NCBI GenBank assembly: GCA_963751455.1
Contig: CAVVUN010000009.1
Coordinates: 320,001 to 384,000, forward strand
DNA: 64,000 nucleotides
Direction: 5' to 3'
DNA from: Nitrospirota bacterium
GTDB taxonomy: Bacteria; Nitrospirota; UBA9217
A model generated the notes under the pieces. The model was not told where the DNA came from, did no database searches, and was given only the letters and a program-made list of their open reading frames with translations. The position numbers were made by a program, and so were the translations under genes. Every line of letters starts with the position of its first letter. Positions within the stretch are counted from its first letter, which is position 1. Shown here one piece after another: positions 20,716 through 30,549 of the stretch.

Positions 20716-21153
20716 TTAGTTCACCTTCCTTCTTTGTTCATGCCTGATGTCTATGCGTTTCAGTTCCTGGATGCTCTTATTGAGCTGTTCATTCTCTCTC
20801 TTCAGTTCCAGCACGGTTTTAAGCACAGTACGCCAGTTCCTGGCGTCCGTAGCCTTATCATCAGAAGGGTAGAGACGCAGGAATTCTTCGAACTTCTGTA
20901 ACGCGACTCCATAATCCCTGGTTGGATTGTCATAATAGGCGCGTGTTATAGCCGAAGCGAACAGTGCATGTGCTTGATTTTTAGAATGTGGCGACTTCTT
21001 GACGATTTTATCGTAGATCGCAATTGCTTCTGAGTACTTTCTATCCGAAGCAAAACGCTCGGCATCAGCCAGTTGAGCGTCCTGCCCGTTAAAGCCTGCG
21101 CACCCGGAAACTATACAGGCAAGCAGCGCAGCGAAAATAATCAGTCTGCTCAA
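20716..21153 (-). CDS. TPR lipoprotein with C-terminal coiled coil
   Basis: Lipobox VSGC; TPR-like helices. Confidence 0.65.
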   Translation of the reverse strand: MSRLIIFAALLACIVSGCAGFNGQDAQLADAERFASDRKYSEAIAIYDKIVKKSPHSKNQAHALFASAITRAYYDNPTRDYGVALQKFEEFLRLYPSDDKATDARNWRTVLKTVLELKRENEQLNKSIQELKRIDIRHEQRRKVN

Positions 21154-22553
21154 GAATTCCTCCGCTTGTCCACTACGAAGACGCTCTTTGGTATCGTTTT
21201 GGCGTAATCCTTGAGTTCGGCTGCTATTTCGGACGCCTCAAGCGCATTGTTAAGCTTCCTGCGCTCGTTCGTTACGATCGCTATTGATATCGACATGATC
21301 GGGAAATGCATCTCAACGCCCTGCCTTGTTTTTCCGTCAATGTAGCCGCGTGAGCGGTCTTCGGCGTCATAATATTCGGGAATCTGACGGTCGAATTTAC
21401 TGATGATTTCAGCGGCTATTTCACGCATCAGATCGGGAGTTGTAATGACAACGAAGTCGTCACCGCCCACATGGCCTATGAAATCCTGTGTTGACCCTTT
21501 CAGCCTCACTGCATTCTCAATGATATGCGCTGTTTTTTTGATGACTTCGCTTCCATTGGCGTATCCGTAACGGTCGTTAAAAGCCTTGAAATTGTCGAGA
21601 TCCAGGACGCAAAAGGCGAGGGGGTGCCCCGAATCGATCCGTTTTTTGAGAACATTTTCTATCGCTATCCCCCCCGGCAGACGGGTAAGAGGACTGGCAT
21701 CGAGATACATTTCTTCGAGTTTACGAAGCCGCTTCCCCATGGCAGTGAATGACTGCGAGAGACTGCCGATTTCATCTTCTGTCTCGATCCTGGCGTCGAA
21801 GTCGAAATTTCCCTCGGAAATGTGCTCAGTCCCGATTTTTAATTTATTGATCGAGGATGAGATGTGGTGAGTAATCAGCAGAGCGGCCAGCACCCCTGCA
21901 ATGATGCTGAAAACGCACAGCAGCGCGGTCGTAACAAAAGCTGTTCCGCCAATGCTGCTGATCCGTTTCATTTTTCTGTCTTGCGCGGCCTTTGCAATCG
22001 CAGAAGCATTCCTCAGCTCCTCGATCAGTTTTTGTTGTATGTTATTCATGGAGCTGTTCGATAAACTCTCGGCCTTACTGCTCTTTTTCGAACGCACCAA
22101 TTGAACTTCCTGATCGAAGAGCTCCGTATATTTATCGTGCAGTGCCTTGATGCTTTCTACCGGCAAGCTATTCTTATCAGACAGCTTTTTCAAAGAGGTG
22201 AGCCATATTTGAAATTCGTCCCCCCGTTTTGCAAAGAGCGCCTTCATATCGTCGCTTTTAAGGATCAGATAACGTTTTTCGAAGTTGTCCTGCGCCAAGG
22301 CTGCTTCTATCATCTGCTCTGCGGCTTTTTGGGCAAGGATATCACCTTTGACAATGCTTCTGTTAAGAATGTTAATACGCTGGATATTGACAAGGGCGTA
22401 CACGACAACGATAACCGTCAGCACGACAAGAATCATATATCCGAGCAGCATCTTACTGACGATGTTCAGTTTCCCGAAAAGCCTGGCGGGCACTAGTCTG
22501 TTCAGGATATCGGCAGGGAGAACGAGATTGATTTTAGATAGCTGAAAGCTCAC
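21150..22553 (-). CDS. Membrane HAMP-GGDEF diguanylate cyclase
   Basis: Two TMs, HAMP (DEIGSL), DLDNFKAFNDRYG, HVGGDDF. Confidence 0.88.
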   Translation of the reverse strand: MSFQLSKINLVLPADILNRLVPARLFGKLNIVSKMLLGYMILVVLTVIVVVYALVNIQRINILNRSIVKGDILAQKAAEQMIEAALAQDNFEKRYLILKSDDMKALFAKRGDEFQIWLTSLKKLSDKNSLPVESIKALHDKYTELFDQEVQLVRSKKSSKAESLSNSSMNNIQQKLIEELRNASAIAKAAQDRKMKRISSIGGTAFVTTALLCVFSIIAGVLAALLITHHISSSINKLKIGTEHISEGNFDFDARIETEDEIGSLSQSFTAMGKRLRKLEEMYLDASPLTRLPGGIAIENVLKKRIDSGHPLAFCVLDLDNFKAFNDRYGYANGSEVIKKTAHIIENAVRLKGSTQDFIGHVGGDDFVVITTPDLMREIAAEIISKFDRQIPEYYDAEDRSRGYIDGKTRQGVEMHFPIMSISIAIVTNERRKLNNALEASEIAAELKDYAKTIPKSVFVVDKRRNS

Positions 22554-22590
22554 GGCCTCAGGTTAACAAATAATGATGGTATTGTCAATA

Positions 22591-24612
22591 TTATAGTGGT
22601 ATTTCGGGTATTTCGTCCTCGTGAGTATTTGAAGACTCAACCTCCTTCATGGCTGTCTCTTCGCAATATTTTCTTGGTTCAGTTCCGGGTAGAAATGCCT
22701 CTCGAAGCCTTTGGCTGCAGTGTTCGGTGCTGAGCAGGCCGCTTCTTGGATCTATATCTTTAAAAATAATATCTTCAGGAACCGTGAAATCTTCAGGTTC
22801 ATGACCGGCAAGCGCTTTCTTCATAAATTCAAGCCAGATCGGGAGCGCACTATGGGCTCCTGTCTCTTTCGGCCCGATGCTTCGGTGATCATCATAACCC
22901 ACCCAGACTCCGGCAACAAGAGCCGGCGTATACCCAATGAACCATGCGTCGCGGTAATCGTTTGTGGTCCCGGTTTTGCCGGCTGCCGGTTTGCCGAGCT
23001 CGCGGGCCTTCCATCCTGTTCCACGCTCTATGGCTCCTCTGAGCAGGTTCGTTATCAAATAGGCGCTTTCCGTCTTCAGTACCTGCTCGGGAAGAGCTGT
23101 TCCCGCATACAGCACCTGGCCGCTGCTGTCCGTGATGGAAAGTATGGCAGCTGGCTCCAGTTTTATACCATGATTTGCAAAGATGGCATATGCAGACGTC
23201 AATTCGGCCAGGGTGACATCTGAACTGCCCAGTGCAAGCGACAAATACGGCCCCAGATGGCTTTTGATTCCGAACCTCCTTGCATACCGGATTGCGCTCT
23301 CGATTCCGATTTTATTCAGCAGGCGTATGGTCGGCAGGTTAAGTGACTGGGCCAGCGCCTTCCTGAGAGTGACCGCCCCCTGGTAGTTCCGGTTGAAGTT
23401 TTCGGGAGACCAGTTATTCTTCCGGTCCAATTTAACCGACAGCGGCGAATCGTCGAGCAGATCCGCGGAGCCGAACCCTAAATCGAGCGCGGCCGCATAG
23501 ATAACGGGTTTAAAAGCAGAACCGGGCTGACGCAAAGCCTGCCACGTTCGGTTGAACTGGCTTTCATTGAAATCCCTGCCTCCTACCATGGCGCGGATAT
23601 GGCCGGTCAGCGGATCAATAGCCAGGAGAGCCGCCTGCAAGGGCGCAGGAGACGCGGTTATTTTGCCGTTACGGGCACTAATTTTTGCCAATCCGGAGCG
23701 AACCGCTTCTTCAGCATGGTTCTGGAGTTCATCGTTTAGAGTTGTATAAATATTGATCCCGCCGGAATAGAGGAGGCTCGATCCGAACCGTTCTTCAACC
23801 TTTTGCCGGATGTACTCGACAAAATATGGAGCGCTCCATTTTGATTTAGAGTATGGTCGGGTCGGAAGTCCGGCCTTTTTTGCCTCTTCAGCCTGGATGC
23901 TGGTTATACTGTTCATGGCGACCATGCGGTTTAAAACATATGCCCGCCTGCTTATCGCCTGGTCCGGTGATTTAAAAGGAGAATAGTACCGGGGCGACCG
24001 GGGCAGACCGGCAAGCAGTCCGCATTCCGCTATGGTAAGGTCCCTGGCAGGCTTGTCGAAATATATCTGGGCGGCGGACTCAACACCGTAGGCGCCATTT
24101 CCGAAATATATCTGGTTCAGATACAGAGAGAGAATTTCATTCTTGGTGTAACGCTGCTCGATCTTGAGCGCCAGCGCGATTTCCTTCAGCTTGCGGCTGT
24201 AACTCCGCTCAGGGGTAAGAAACAATATCTTTGCCAACTGCTGGGTCAGGGTGCTTCCGCCTTCCAGCACTTTTTTCGCCCGGATATTTCTGACGAGCGC
24301 CCGTGCGATGCCGTGAAAATCGATGCCGCGATGGCTGTAAAACCTCGTATCCTCGGTCGCTATGATAGCATCGATCATGTTCGCCGGCACATCTACAAGG
24401 GCAACGGGTGTCCTGTTCTCCATGAAAAATTCAGCCAGAAGTTTGTTGTTTTCAGAATAGACCCGGGACGTAATGCTCGGTTTGTACTCTTCAAGGGCGG
24501 TCACTTCGGGAAGGTCCCATATCGAGTATATGAAAAAACCGGCCGAACCGCCGATGAGGACCGCCATGAGGATCAAAAAAAGAGAGAGCAGTAGGGATTT
24601 CCTATTTTGCAT
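22591..24612 (-). CDS. Penicillin-binding protein 1A family
   Basis: EDTRFYSH, GGSTLTQQLAK, RQPGSAFKP, KTGTT. Confidence 0.93.
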   Translation of the reverse strand: MQNRKSLLLSLFLILMAVLIGGSAGFFIYSIWDLPEVTALEEYKPSITSRVYSENNKLLAEFFMENRTPVALVDVPANMIDAIIATEDTRFYSHRGIDFHGIARALVRNIRAKKVLEGGSTLTQQLAKILFLTPERSYSRKLKEIALALKIEQRYTKNEILSLYLNQIYFGNGAYGVESAAQIYFDKPARDLTIAECGLLAGLPRSPRYYSPFKSPDQAISRRAYVLNRMVAMNSITSIQAEEAKKAGLPTRPYSKSKWSAPYFVEYIRQKVEERFGSSLLYSGGINIYTTLNDELQNHAEEAVRSGLAKISARNGKITASPAPLQAALLAIDPLTGHIRAMVGGRDFNESQFNRTWQALRQPGSAFKPVIYAAALDLGFGSADLLDDSPLSVKLDRKNNWSPENFNRNYQGAVTLRKALAQSLNLPTIRLLNKIGIESAIRYARRFGIKSHLGPYLSLALGSSDVTLAELTSAYAIFANHGIKLEPAAILSITDSSGQVLYAGTALPEQVLKTESAYLITNLLRGAIERGTGWKARELGKPAAGKTGTTNDYRDAWFIGYTPALVAGVWVGYDDHRSIGPKETGAHSALPIWLEFMKKALAGHEPEDFTVPEDIIFKDIDPRSGLLSTEHCSQRLREAFLPGTEPRKYCEETAMKEVESSNTHEDEIPEIPL

Positions 24613-24772
24613 TGAAGCTATTATACATCGCGGAGCAAAAAAAGTAACCCCCGATAATTCGTGGTTCGTAGAAAAAGCGCAGACTCCAAAACCAACGTGC
24701 CTTGAGTTTTCATCACTAAGATGCTATGATTGACTAACAAATCGTAAACCGTTGTTCTGATAAGGAGGATAC

Positions 24773-25354
24773 ATGCCTTACACGCCAAAAGATTTTAGTT
24801 CCTTGATCGGGATGAAAGGATTCAGCGAGACGCTCCTGAAAAACCATTTTACGCTGTATCAGGGTTATGTGACCAATACGAATAAGACCGCTGAAATCCT
24901 TTTGCAGATGCTGAAAGACGGCAAAACAGGGACGCCGGAATATGCAGAAGTCAAAAGAAGGTTCGGGTGGGAATTCAACGGCATGCGGCTTCACGAACTT
25001 TATTTCCAAAACCTGATAAGCGCCGGCATGGACAAAGACGCGCCTCTAGCAATAAAGATGCAGCAGGAGTTCGGAAGCGTTGGGGCATGGGAAAAGGATT
25101 TCAGGGCGTGCGGGACAATGAGAGGCATCGGTTGGGTGGTGTTGTATTATGACCGCCAGGGCGACCGCCTGTTTAATTCATGGATCAATGAACATGATGT
25201 CGCGCACCTTGCCGGTTGTCAGCCGCTACTTGTTATGGATGTATTCGAGCACGCATATATGACCGACTACCAGCTTAAACGCGTGGATTACATCGAGTCT
25301 TTTTTCGGGAACATTAACTGGAAAGCGGTCGAAGAGAGGATGCGGTCATTGTGA
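24773..25354 (+). CDS. Fe/Mn superoxide dismutase
   Basis: NHFTLYQGYV, LHELYF, DVFEHAY metal-ligand motifs. Confidence 0.88.
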   Translation: MPYTPKDFSSLIGMKGFSETLLKNHFTLYQGYVTNTNKTAEILLQMLKDGKTGTPEYAEVKRRFGWEFNGMRLHELYFQNLISAGMDKDAPLAIKMQQEFGSVGAWEKDFRACGTMRGIGWVVLYYDRQGDRLFNSWINEHDVAHLAGCQPLLVMDVFEHAYMTDYQLKRVDYIESFFGNINWKAVEERMRSL

Positions 25355-25357
25355 TAC

Positions 25358-25429
25358 GCGTCAAAGTATCAGAGCGCCAAAGTGTCAAAGCAGTTACTTT
25401 GATACTCGGATTCTCTGACACTTGGATAC
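25358..25429. repeat. Inverted 8-mer tandem-repeat hairpin
   Basis: Four GYRTCAAA-like units, an 8-nt spacer, then four reverse-complement units. Confidence 0.8.
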
Positions 25430-25441
25430 AGAAGGCTTTTC

Positions 25442-25975
25442 ATGTCTGACAAGGGTCTTGTCATAATTTTTACCGGTGACGGGAAGGGAAAAACAAGTGC
25501 AGCCCTCGGAATAGCGCTTCGGGCATCGGGGCACAAGATGTACGTGTCCGTCGTTCAGTTTATAAAGAGCACTTCCGAAACAGGAGAGGTTAGGGCGGCA
25601 GAACGACTTGCACCGGAGCTGGAGCTCATTTCGCTGGGAAAGGGTTTTGTAAATTGTTGCGGCGGCACCACGCCCATGTATGAACACAAAAAGGCGGCAG
25701 AAGCGGCTCTTACGCTCGCCCGGCAGCGCATGCTGTCCGGCGGATGGGATGTCCTTATTCTTGACGAGATTAATACGGCCGTAACGCTTCGTCTGCTGGA
25801 TGTCGCCGCTGTTCTCGACTTGATCAGGAACAAGCCCCCAAAGCTCCATTTGATACTGACCGGCAGGAACGCGCATCCTGATGTCGTTACCCTTGCGGAT
25901 CTGGTCACCGAAATGCGTTCCCTGAAGCATCCTTACGATAAAGGCGAATCTGCGCGCAAAGGGATCGATTTTTAA
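25442..25975 (+). CDS. cobO: Cob(I)alamin adenosyltransferase
   Basis: TGDGKGKTSAALG, ILDEI, LTGR, ADLVTEM..KHPY..GIDF. Confidence 0.92.
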   Translation: MSDKGLVIIFTGDGKGKTSAALGIALRASGHKMYVSVVQFIKSTSETGEVRAAERLAPELELISLGKGFVNCCGGTTPMYEHKKAAEAALTLARQRMLSGGWDVLILDEINTAVTLRLLDVAAVLDLIRNKPPKLHLILTGRNAHPDVVTLADLVTEMRSLKHPYDKGESARKGIDF

Positions 25976-26198
25976 AACTTGCGTCCAACGGCTTCATTCC
26001 ATGGCAGAGGGTTACCCGAGAAGCCATGATTATTAAAAGAAAAATTGACATTGAAATTTCATAATGCTAGTATTTGATATTGAAAACCGTCCGTAAATTC
26101 CCTTCTAAAGAAGGGATGAATATCGGTATAATTTAATTATCCTGACATCCCGCATTAATTCCTCCCATCGGGGAGACGGTATAGAGAGAGATTTTCAG

Positions 26199-27167
26199 GT
26201 GAAAACAACAGCTGTTATTGTTACGATTGAAGATGAAATGGATCTGCCCGGTCTCTACGGCGACCTCGACAAGAACCTCAGGCTGATCGAGAATACCTAC
26301 GGTGTAATCCTGAATGCTCGGGGGAACAGAATTCAAATAGAGGGCGAGGAAAAATCCGTAGGCAAAGCCGAACGGTTGCTAAAACAGCTTGCCGACATGC
26401 TGTCCCAGGGCGTTATTTCCGGAAAAGAAGACGTATCGGCCGCTATCCAGGCTTACTGCGCGGACCCTTCCACTACATTGAAAGACCTTTTTCAGAAGCC
26501 GATCCCGGTTTCAAGCAGAAAGCGGCCTGTTTCGCCCAAAAACGAGACCCAGCGAAAGTACGTAGAGGCAATCAAGCAGTATGACATAGTCTTCGGCATC
26601 GGTCCTGCGGGCACCGGTAAAACCTATCTTGCCATGGCAACGGCGGTTTCCGCTCTGCTTCGGCGCGAAGTCAGCAGGATAATTCTTGTTCGTCCCGCGG
26701 TAGAAGCAGGCGAAAAACTCGGTTTTCTGCCCGGCGACCTTTACGAAAAGGTCAACCCGTATCTGCGGCCGCTCTACGATGCCCTCTATGATATGATTGA
26801 GACTGAAAAGGCGAATAAACTGGTCGAGCGCGGGGATATCGAAATAGCACCGCTCGCTTTTATGCGCGGACGGACTTTAAACGATTCCTTCATTATTCTC
26901 GATGAAGCGCAGAATACAACCAGCGAGCAGATGAAAATGTTTCTTACGCGGCTCGGTTTTAATTCGAAGACGGTTGTGACCGGTGATATCACGCAAATTG
27001 ACCTGCCGACGGGGAGAAACTCCGGACTGATAGAGGTCAGGAAAATCCTGGAAGGCGTTGAAGGAATACAATTCATCTACTTCACCAACAGGGATGTTGT
27101 GCGACATAAACTGGTTCAGCAGATCATCAAGGCGTACGAAAAGTACGAGGGGACGGATGAGCCCTAA
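26199..27167 (+). CDS. phoH: PhoH family ATPase
   Basis: GPAGTGKTYLA, RPAVEAGEKLGFLPG, MRGRT, DEAQN. Confidence 0.93.
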   Translation: MKTTAVIVTIEDEMDLPGLYGDLDKNLRLIENTYGVILNARGNRIQIEGEEKSVGKAERLLKQLADMLSQGVISGKEDVSAAIQAYCADPSTTLKDLFQKPIPVSSRKRPVSPKNETQRKYVEAIKQYDIVFGIGPAGTGKTYLAMATAVSALLRREVSRIILVRPAVEAGEKLGFLPGDLYEKVNPYLRPLYDALYDMIETEKANKLVERGDIEIAPLAFMRGRTLNDSFIILDEAQNTTSEQMKMFLTRLGFNSKTVVTGDITQIDLPTGRNSGLIEVRKILEGVEGIQFIYFTNRDVVRHKLVQQIIKAYEKYEGTDEP

Positions 27168-28941
27168 GCACGAGTCACTTGCCAAACTCCTGCCCGAGAT
27201 TGAAGTGCCTGATGGAGACCGTGAAACGCCGGCGCCTGTTTCGCGCTCGGCAACGGTGTTCAATATAGTTCTTATCGTCGGAGCTGCCGCTCTCCTGGCC
27301 GCCGTTCTCCTCCTCCCCAAATTCCGTTTTCTTCAAAAAGGCGATACCGCATCCCGGACGATTACTGCTCCGTATACGATCAATATCGAATACCAGGGGC
27401 CTGATATGACTCTTCTTTCCTACAAAATCAGCCGGGGAGAAGTCATAGTCGAGGCGGGCCAGCGGGTCACGGAAAAAGCGTACCGGGTACTTGAAGAGAT
27501 GTCGAGGAGGGAAGGGATCGGAATACGCCGGAATGCCTACATGGGGCTTTCTCTTGTGATCCTGCTTTTCTTTTACCTCATGTATCGCGATATCAAGCGC
27601 TATCGTCCCACTCTCATTGCTGATTCGAAAAAAATGTTCCTGTTGGTTATTCTGCTGGTCGTTACGGTCGTTATTTCGCAGTTTTCAAAATATGTATTAT
27701 CGTTCGCAGCCGACCAGCTGGCCCTGGATGCGGTCACCATAGGCTTTGCTCTGCCGGTTTCGGCGGGAGCCATGCTGGTCTGCCTTCTGCTGGATTTTCA
27801 TCTGGCGCTTTCGTTCTCCTTCGTGGTCAGCGTCCTGCTCGGAATCCTGTATCAGGGAGATCCATTCATACCGATATACTATTTTCTCGGCAGCATAACT
27901 GCGGCACTCTCTGTCATACACTGCAAAAAAAGAACCGCGGTGCTCAGGGCGAGCGCTTTGATCGGCCTGGTCAATATCATATCGATCACCGGTATCGACC
28001 TCTTCAAAGGGGAACTGGCAAGCCGTGGAATTTACGATCTCGCTTCAGGGATTTTCAGCGTCCTCATGGTATCGATGGTAGTGTCCGTGCTGCTTCCGTT
28101 TTTCGAAACGATTTTCGACATCGCTACCGACATCAAGCTGCTTGAACTTCTTGACCCCAATCAGCCACTCCTGAAAGAGCTGGTGTACAAGAGTCCCGGA
28201 ACTTATCACCACAGCATCGTCATAGGCAACCTGGCCGAAGCAGCAGCCGAAGCAATCGGCGAAAACCCCATTCTCGCACGGGTCGGGGCCTATTACCATG
28301 ATGTCGGAAAGATACGCAAACCGGAGTATTTTATCGAAAACCAGCGGGCATTCGAAAATAAACACGATCGATTAACGCCTTCCATGAGCAGTCTCATAAT
28401 CTCTTCCCATGTAAAAGACGGTGTTGAAATAGCACGTGCACAAAGACTTCCCCCTGCAGTTATAGACATTATCCGGCAGCATCATGGCACGGCGCTTATC
28501 TCCTATTTTTTTCAGAAGGCCAGGGATCTGCAGCCACTCATAAAAATAGCCGAAGAGGACTACCGGTACCCAGGTCCCAGGCCCAGAACAAAGGTTGCTG
28601 CTATCGTCATGCTGGCTGATTCCGTTGAAGCTGCTTCAAGGACCGTAGGCAATCCAACGCCCGACAGAATCCAGGCCTTGACGAACAGCGTCATCACCCG
28701 GATTTTCCTGGATGACCAGTTGGGAAAGTGTGACCTTACGCTGAAGGACCTTCGCGATATCGCCCGAAGCTTTAATCTCGTCCTCGGCGGTATTTTCCAT
28801 CAACGCATAGACTACCCCGGGATAGATTTTTTCGGAGAAAAAAAACGGCGTGAAAATCAGGATAAAAAGCAGTCTCAGGAAACCAAGGCCGGAAACGGCA
28901 GCAGTCGAAAAAAAGATCACCAAATTGCTGCGGATCCTTGA
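27157..28941 (+). CDS. 7TM-HD(IG) phosphohydrolase (PgpH-like) with short extracytoplasmic region
   Basis: PGTYHHS, YYHDVGK, HHGT, MLADSVEAASR; sits in phoH-ybeY operon; ATG start chosen. Confidence 0.85.
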   Translation: MSPKHESLAKLLPEIEVPDGDRETPAPVSRSATVFNIVLIVGAAALLAAVLLLPKFRFLQKGDTASRTITAPYTINIEYQGPDMTLLSYKISRGEVIVEAGQRVTEKAYRVLEEMSRREGIGIRRNAYMGLSLVILLFFYLMYRDIKRYRPTLIADSKKMFLLVILLVVTVVISQFSKYVLSFAADQLALDAVTIGFALPVSAGAMLVCLLLDFHLALSFSFVVSVLLGILYQGDPFIPIYYFLGSITAALSVIHCKKRTAVLRASALIGLVNIISITGIDLFKGELASRGIYDLASGIFSVLMVSMVVSVLLPFFETIFDIATDIKLLELLDPNQPLLKELVYKSPGTYHHSIVIGNLAEAAAEAIGENPILARVGAYYHDVGKIRKPEYFIENQRAFENKHDRLTPSMSSLIISSHVKDGVEIARAQRLPPAVIDIIRQHHGTALISYFFQKARDLQPLIKIAEEDYRYPGPRPRTKVAAIVMLADSVEAASRTVGNPTPDRIQALTNSVITRIFLDDQLGKCDLTLKDLRDIARSFNLVLGGIFHQRIDYPGIDFFGEKKRRENQDKKQSQETKAGNGSSRKKDHQIAADP

Positions 28942-29287
28942 TCTCGGACACGCCGAATTGAGCGTCCTGTTTCTGGGGGACCGGGCAATGCGTTCTTTAA
29001 ACCGGAGATACCGGGGCAAGGATGCAACAACCGATGTGCTTTCATTTCCGCTGCGTGAAGGAACATTTCCCCATATCCAGCCCCATGTACTCGGCGATAT
29101 CGTCATTTCCGTTCCGACAGCGGAGCGGTACGCCGCCAAAGCCGGCCATTCGCTCGGCCGGGAAATAGAAATACTGACAGTGCATGCACTTCTCCACCTT
29201 CTCGGCTATGACCATGAACAGGGGAGGGATGAAACGCAGCGAATGGAGCGCCGGGAACGTCAATTGCTGAAAAGGCTGACTTCATGA
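28850..29287 (+). CDS. ybeY: rRNA maturation endoribonuclease
   Basis: LNRRYRGKD.TTDVLSF, HALLHLLGYDH. Confidence 0.93.
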   Translation: MKIRIKSSLRKPRPETAAVEKKITKLLRILDLGHAELSVLFLGDRAMRSLNRRYRGKDATTDVLSFPLREGTFPHIQPHVLGDIVISVPTAERYAAKAGHSLGREIEILTVHALLHLLGYDHEQGRDETQRMERRERQLLKRLTS

Positions 29288-29985
29288 AACCGAAAACATG
29301 GACCGAGAGCGCGAATGTAGCCATAGAGGGAATCATCTATTCCGTCAGGACGCAGCGCCACATGCGGTATCATATGTTCACGGCCCTTGCCGCGCTCATT
29401 GTCAGCCTGCTCCTTGATATATCGAGAACGGATTTTATTCTGCTTTGTGTCGCCATTATTCTGGTAATGACGACCGAGATGCTGAACACGGCCATCGAGG
29501 TCATCGTTGACATGATAGCGGATACCTACCATCCGCTCGGTAAAATCGCCAAGGACATCGGTGCCGGTGTGGTTCTTATCGCATCGATCGGTGCGCTCAC
29601 TCTTGCATATTTTATTCTGTACCCTGCACTCAAAAACACTATTGCAAAAGGCGTGTGGAGGATACAGAAGACCCAGGACGACATAGTGGCCTTCGTTTCA
29701 TTGGCGGTCGTCGTCATTGTAGTTGTCATTATCAAGGCAATCTTAGGCAAAGGCGAACCGCTCCGCGGCGGCATGCCGAGCGGGCATGCCGCTGTTTCTT
29801 TTTCAATATGGGTGGCGGCCATTTATCTGACCCACTCCGTTCCTGCAGGTATTTTGACGTTTCTCCTCGCTGTTATGGTAAGCTGGAGCAGGTGGTCATC
29901 CGGCATTCACCGCCCGCTCGAAGTGCTCTTCGGGGCAGTCCTGGGCTCGGGCTTGACAATGATCTTGTTCTGGTTGTTTACGTAA
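29284..29985 (+). CDS. dgkA: Diacylglycerol/undecaprenol kinase fused to a PAP2 phosphatase domain
   Basis: EMLNTAIE...AKD kinase motif; C-terminal MPSGH...SR...H PAP2 motifs. Confidence 0.85.
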   Translation: MKPKTWTESANVAIEGIIYSVRTQRHMRYHMFTALAALIVSLLLDISRTDFILLCVAIILVMTTEMLNTAIEVIVDMIADTYHPLGKIAKDIGAGVVLIASIGALTLAYFILYPALKNTIAKGVWRIQKTQDDIVAFVSLAVVVIVVVIIKAILGKGEPLRGGMPSGHAAVSFSIWVAAIYLTHSVPAGILTFLLAVMVSWSRWSSGIHRPLEVLFGAVLGSGLTMILFWLFT

Positions 29986-30116
29986 CCCTTGATTCCCATC
30001 TCCTGTTCTCAAAGGAGATGGTACGATAAGGGATTTCGTTTTTCGTACACTGGTCGCACACGTTTTTTGCGCCTTGCATAACCGCAGGCCTGAGCTTATA
30101 ACTATCAGGAGGAGCA

Positions 30117-30470
30117 TTGCTTAACCGCATATTAGAGGATCTTTTGGGTTCTGTCGACGGCGCAAAAGCTGCTATTTTCCTTGACAATGACGGAGAAGCG
30201 ATAGCTCAGGCAGGTGATGCCACGGGTGATATGAAGCTTTTGGGAGCATGGAAGGAAATCCATCTGGATCACATAAAGGAAATAAGCGGTCGCCTTGGAA
30301 TGGGGAACGTTCAGGCTGTTCTGTTCTCGCTGGAACATGGCAACGAACTGATTGCACCCGTTGCCGGCGAATATTCCCTGCTGCTCTTCCTGTCGACATT
30401 CGCAAACATTCATTCTGCAATGAAAGCCTTGAAAATTGCGATAGAACTTCTGAAAAAAGATATTGAGTAG
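30117..30470 (+). CDS. Roadblock/LC7 domain protein
   Basis: SVDGAKAAIFLDNDGEAI pattern, 117 aa, RBS GGAGGAG upstream. Confidence 0.7.
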   Translation: MLNRILEDLLGSVDGAKAAIFLDNDGEAIAQAGDATGDMKLLGAWKEIHLDHIKEISGRLGMGNVQAVLFSLEHGNELIAPVAGEYSLLLFLSTFANIHSAMKALKIAIELLKKDIE

Positions 30471-30549
30471 TGATGCACTCGCAATCTCTTTATAATTTAT
30501 AATACGTTTAAGCTACTTGAGGTCTTCAGGCGGTTATGTGGTTGGCAGG

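Noticed and set aside
25355-25441. Cobalamin riboswitch upstream of cobO
   Set aside because: The gap is too short, lacks a B12 box, and is explained by the 8-mer hairpin.
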